From positions 1-43,183 of the forward strand of contig JAAOMT010000504.1 of assembly GCA_016748015.1 (NCBI GenBank): a stretch of 43,183 nt of DNA. The letters are read 5' to 3'. This DNA is from Geosiphon pyriformis uo1. Taxonomy: Eukaryota; Fungi; Glomeromycota. The position numbers were made by a program, and so were the translations under genes. Positions 38,021 through 43,183 of the stretch are shown piece by piece; within the stretch, counting starts at the first letter, position 1; each line of letters begins with the position of its first letter. The notes beneath the pieces are model-generated. The model saw only the letters and a program-made list of their open reading frames with translations. It searched no databases and had not been told where the DNA came from.

Positions 38021-39966
38021 TTCTAATCTTTGTACAAAGAACGTATTGAAAAGTTTCACAAAATTTTCAGCTGAAAAACTTTTGGATTAAATAGTAAGCT
38101 AAAGACAAAATCTGAAACTTCAGTAAATGTATCTTGAACTAAGTTTCCAGCTTTGTTACTATATATGGATAAGCATTATGACTAACTTGGGAATTCTTTT
38201 ACAGTGTTAGATGTTTCACTAAAATGAAGTTTTTAGAAGGATTCTATGGACTGCCAAAATAGGGTACAAGACAGTAGTAGAATGATGATTAGTATTTATT
38301 AGGTTTAACTTTAGGGAGTTTAAAAAATAAAATAAAACTTTTTGGTTGAAATTCGATACTGAAGGTTTTTCTATCTATCTTAAAATTATTATTTTAAAAA
38401 TTAAAGGGGACAGTTTTAATTTCTTTTGAAAAGGAAATTAACCTCCCTTGTCCTAAAAAGATAAATTGATAAAAGAGACTTTCATTATTTTATAAAATGG
38501 TTCTATTTTTAGAAAAAAAAATTTTGGAAATCTATTTTCAATAGATAAAATGATGAATGGGTAAGCATAAAACTTTAATTCCATATTAAGAATTAAAAAT
38601 TATTTCTATTTTAAATGAGTTATGAAACGAAATAAATCCAGACTTTTTAATCAGCCAGGATATTCTCAATAAACAAAAAAATTTTTGAAAAAGAATTTTC
38701 CATTTACTATTCTAATTCAATCATTTTAGTGTGAAATAATCATTCAATGAAAAACATAGATACTTGTGGTAAGGAACGAAAAAAAAAAAGTTTTAATGTT
38801 ATTTTATCTTGGGGGAACAATAATAAACCCGGTTAAGAGTGAGTGTACAATAAATTCCCTAAAAAAGAAACTTTATTTTTTTCTTGTGTTGGTAACACAA
38901 TAACCTGAAAATTATTTAGAAAAAATTTATGTTTATTAGGTGAATGACTTTTCCAAAAACTGACTATCAGGAAAGCATTTTCATATAAAGAACGACAGAG
39001 CTAACAGATATATGAAAAACAATCTAAATTATTTATTCACATCAATCTAAATTTGAGACTAACGACCAATTCAAACAAAATTTCTTACTCTAAAGCAAAA
39101 GTTTATAATTGAAACCTTGATTCTCTGAAAATATCTTTTATTTTAATCTTTAAAAAGAAGCAAACTCCATATTTATAAATAAAAAAAGGTTGGTTTTATT
39201 TTTTCTGTATTTAAAATCTAAATTTGAAATATCCAATAGATTTAAGATAAAATACTGTACATTTGATTTGAAAGGATTGAAATGCATTAAATTTTTTTGT
39301 TTTGTCAATCATTGGGAAAAGTGGAGTTTTAATTTTTAAAAAAAATAAACTTGTTTCTACTGTTTTTTTATAATGAAAATTTAATCAGAAATTAGCTTAC
39401 AAAACTAAAACTTTTTTTGTTTTTTGAAATCAACAAATTTTATTTTATTTTATTTTTTTTAAAAAAAAAAAAAAAAAAAAATTTGTTTATTACCCAGTAT
39501 GGAATTTTTCATAACGGAACAAAGTATTATCCTGCAACATCGCGTAACATCTCGCCATCCTTTTTATTTCCCTAACAGCAATCTAATCAGTCACACAAGG
39601 TTTAAAACATTCATTTTATGTCATCAATTTTATGTTCGATCTAAGGAATATCATCCTAATTTTAAATAATCATTCCGATATAAATGGGTATTAGCAGATG
39701 TTACATGTATTTTGTTGACATGAAAGACCAAAACTTATGATAAATATTTTATCAAACAACGGTAAGTAAAAAAGTTTTTCTATAAATATTTATCACAAAC
39801 ATACATTTTAAATATCTATCATGTTGATTCTCATTTTTGCGAAAGAAAGAAAGTATAAATATAACCTAGCCTCAAATTACTCGTATTTCACCTACCGTCC
39901 AAAAATATTTTCAATTCTTCAACTTAAAACTTTTAGCCTGTCTAAAAAAAAGAATTATATTGAACA

Positions 39967-42175
39967 ATGAAAAAATCCTCCTCCTCAACTTCAACAAGTC
40001 TACAAATTCGAGTAACGGAACCAATAATATTTTTTCGTGGTAGTTCGCAAGAAGCAGTTGGTACAATTTTAAGAGGAGAATTAGTTTTGACCCTCGCTAA
40101 ACCGACCAAAATTAAAAAGATTGATATGAAGTTTGTCGGGAAGAGCAAGACGTTTTGGCCGGAAGGTTAGTTTCATCATGTTTTAAATATTTGGAAGTTT
40201 GGGGAGGGTAAGAATATCAAAAACCTTTCAGAGAATTCACTGGCGGCAGTTATTGATGAGTGAGAGAGAGAGAGACAGAGAGAGAGGGAGATAGATATAT
40301 AAATAAATAAGAAAAATAAATAGATATACAGTTATAGAGGGATGGAAAAAATACCTTTCAATTCCATTATATTTTTGGTTTTCGTAATCATCAGATATCC
40401 TTTCCAAACAAAATACTAACTATCTTTAATTTTCTTTCTTAGGAATAGGCAAAAATAAAAATGAATTACAAGATATTCGAGAGATTGTATCATATAAATG
40501 GTCATATTTGGAACTACCGGAGAGGACAAATTCTCCAACTACAACATTGACCACAACGGCAACATTTTCAGAGAACCAATTAACACAACAACAACAAGCT
40601 CGACCATCTTTATACACATCTTCACCTAATAACACATCCACTACCCATACAATCTCAGAATCAACGAACCAAAACACATCAAAATACCAATATTTTGAAG
40701 CGAAAACACATGTTTATCCGTTTTCACTTTTTTTACCGGGAACTTTACCCGAAAGTATAGATGTTGCTTTCGGAAAGATTAGTTATAAATTAACAGCAAC
40801 TGTAGTTCGCTCTTCAACTCTTTTACCAAACTTGAACGCTCAACGTCAGATCACAATTATTCGTACGGTATCTGATTACGAGATTACTGACGGTGGAATT
40901 GCGATCAATCGAGATCTGGAGGAAATGTTTGCTTACGAAATTTCATTACCGCAAAAAGCTTACCCAATCGGTGGTTTTATCAATCACTTAGAACTTAAGT
41001 TAACCCCATTGACAAAACAATTGCGTCTTTTAAGTATACGGGTCCAACTGGTAGAACGGACAATGTATCGTGCACAGGGCCACAAAGATTGTAATTCAAG
41101 AGTATTAGCCACGAAACGATTAGATGATTTTGGAGAACGAAAATTTGCCGAGGTTGAAGAATCATCGGTTGAACAGCGACCGAGAAGAAACAGAAGTCTT
41201 AATGATGACACCTCGAGTATAATTAGTTCGATTAATTCGATTAATTCAAGGGATACTAGTTTCGCAAGTGGCTCGAATTCTCAAGGTACTAGATTTCATC
41301 GATGGAGTCGTTCATATAGTAATAGAAGTATGAGAGGTAGGGATGTTCCTCAAGAAGAAGAAGAAGAAGAAGAAGAAGAAGAAGAAGACGAAGACGAATA
41401 CAGCGAGGTATATCTTGAAAGAGAATATGATGGAGAAGAGATAGAAGTAGGGAATACATTTTTCCAAAAGGCCTTTGATTTTTCAATACCGAAATGTACC
41501 TTTCCTGTTCACCCGTCATCAAACTCTGAATCTATCAAAGTCATGCATGTGTTAAAATTCTTTATCACCATCACACTTCCCGATGATCCTTATCAAAGAA
41601 TCGAAGTGAAAATTGACGCACCAATCCTCCTCCTCTCTTGTCGATGCCTGGAAAAGGTACACGTAACCCTTCCTAGATGCGATGAGGATTCATATCTATG
41701 TCCATGTGATCCTACATATAAATCTAAAGCAACAGCGGCATTAGCTCAAAGTTTAAACTTGAACACTACGACAAATGATCGGGGGGAAGTGGTGCTTGAC
41801 CGGGGGATAAGTAATCTGAGTTGGTCAGCTGGTTCTGAGCATCAAGGACGATCATGTCAAGAACTTAGTCGCAGCTCAGGACAATTATGGATAAATGATC
41901 GAGCGATACAAGATCCGAGGGAATGCCTGACAAATCGGCAAAATTCACATTCATACCATTACAATGGGCCACCACCAAGCTATGAAGCATCGATGAAAAG
42001 TGCTGATCGCACTTTACTCCAAGCAATACATGTCTTACCAAGACGACAAGGTTCAGACGCTGACGATCACGATAATCCGATGCGGCTGATTGAAAGCCTC
42101 GCTAGTCAGCCTAATAATATTCTGTCTTCTTCACCACCACCTACATATTATAGTGCACGTGTTACAACTGTATGA
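39967..42175 (+). CDS. Alpha-arrestin (ART/CreD-like Rsp5/Nedd4 adaptor), join(39967..40165,40443..42175), 643 aa
   Basis: LRGELVLTLAKPTKIKKIDMKFVG..TFWPEG; YPFSLFLPGTLPESI..GKISYKLTATV; C-terminal PPSY and PPTY motifs. GT-AG intron 40166-40442 with a TACTAAC branch point preserves the frame. Confidence 0.92.
40258..40292. repeat. (GA)n microsatellite in the arrestin intron
   Basis: Directly visible. Confidence 0.9.
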
Positions 42176-42810
42176 AAAACAGTCTCAATGAATTTTGTTG
42201 TATTTAATAGTGTGTTTTTAGTAAATCACATTTTTGGGAACGTTATCTCAAGAATCTTATATAGCCAAGAGTAAAAAAATGGCACATTTTCCCGTCTACA
42301 ATAGATGAACCCAAATCAGAAACAAAATAAAAAAAATCAGGCTTGTAAATATTTTCAAAACAGATAGCATTTAGGATTAGCTAAATTAAGGAACTTGAAG
42401 ATTCATTGGTTTAAAGTATTAAATAAAATCGGTTCCAAACAAAATTATAGTTTATCATGAACAAACTTGAAGAAATGGCATCTTTATTCGAACTGTGAGA
42501 ATAATAACTCATGGAAGATTTTTTTAAAATTTAAAAACACCATGATTTTGCATATAAATATTAAATTTTGATAAAAATGAATTTGACATATAAGAAACCC
42601 ATTTTTATAAAACGGATTATGCTTGAGTTCATCAAAGCAAATCATCACTTTTGGGTTAATTAAATTTTCTTTTGGAATTTAAAAAGTAATGTGCTGGTTG
42701 CAGATCAAAACTAAAGCCAAATCATCAAATATACCCAACAGTATATAAAATAGTTACCCAATAAATTAGCACCACTTTTAATTTTAAACTCCCCAAGTCA
42801 AAACTCGAAA

Positions 42811-43183
42811 ATTTCAGAAATCGAAATTCCCAAGATTGGGATTTATCAATATGTCACAAGTAATCGAAGAGGAATATCAGATGATAAACCTGTTTTCATT
42901 GATGGCCTATCATCCAGAAAAGTTACCTTTGGCGAATTGAAACGAGATACAAAGAGGTACTGGTTTTATCAAGATGTTGATTACTTTCCCAAAAACATCT
43001 TGGGAACTATTCAATCAAATAATTCTAATCAACCTAGTTTTATGATGATGATGATGATAGATTTGCAGCGGGATTACAAGAAAAGTTAAATTTTAAACGT
43101 GGTGACGTGTTTCTTATATTTTCTCCGAATCAGGTATTTTCAAGCGATCACTCGGTTTCAAAAAACTTTTTGTAGTAGATTTA
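42811..43183 (+). CDS. 5' part of a 4-coumarate:CoA ligase-like acyl-CoA synthetase (ANL superfamily), runs out of the window
   Basis: IEIPKIGIYQYVTSN...DKPVFIDG...VTFGELKRDTKR | FAAGLQEKLNFKRGDVFLIFSPNQ. Introns at 42957-43060 and from 43134. Start exon unresolved. Confidence 0.85.

Overview
This is eukaryotic, very AT-rich fungal DNA. The repeat families, Sel1 gene and intron style suggest Glomeromycotina. The peptides resemble Geosiphon-type repeats as I recall them, but this is unverified. Bases 1-~37,200 are a stack of nested, C>T/G>A-decayed transposons. An ancient minus-strand Ty3/Gypsy element (C, ~14.7-29.5 kb) has been split by four LINE-family insertions: a full-length APE-RT-RNaseH LINE with a target-site duplication (TSD; 21253-28010), a 3' LINE relic, an ORF1-only non-autonomous element that shares the LINE 3' UTR (18269-20560), and a minus-strand LINE. 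Gypsy B inserted into that minus-strand LINE, and Gypsy A appears to have inserted into the gag of Gypsy B. All three Gypsy copies carry a dUTPase upstream of RT. B and C show the order protease / Cys-rich domain / dUTPase / RT, and A and B carry an extra ORF after integrase. A pogo/Tigger-like transposon interrupted by a hAT element follows. From 37.4 kb there are intact, CpG-retaining host genes: a Sel1-repeat protein, an alpha-arrestin, and the start of a 4CL-like acyl-CoA synthetase. Translations and alignments were done by eye, so relic boundaries are approximate.
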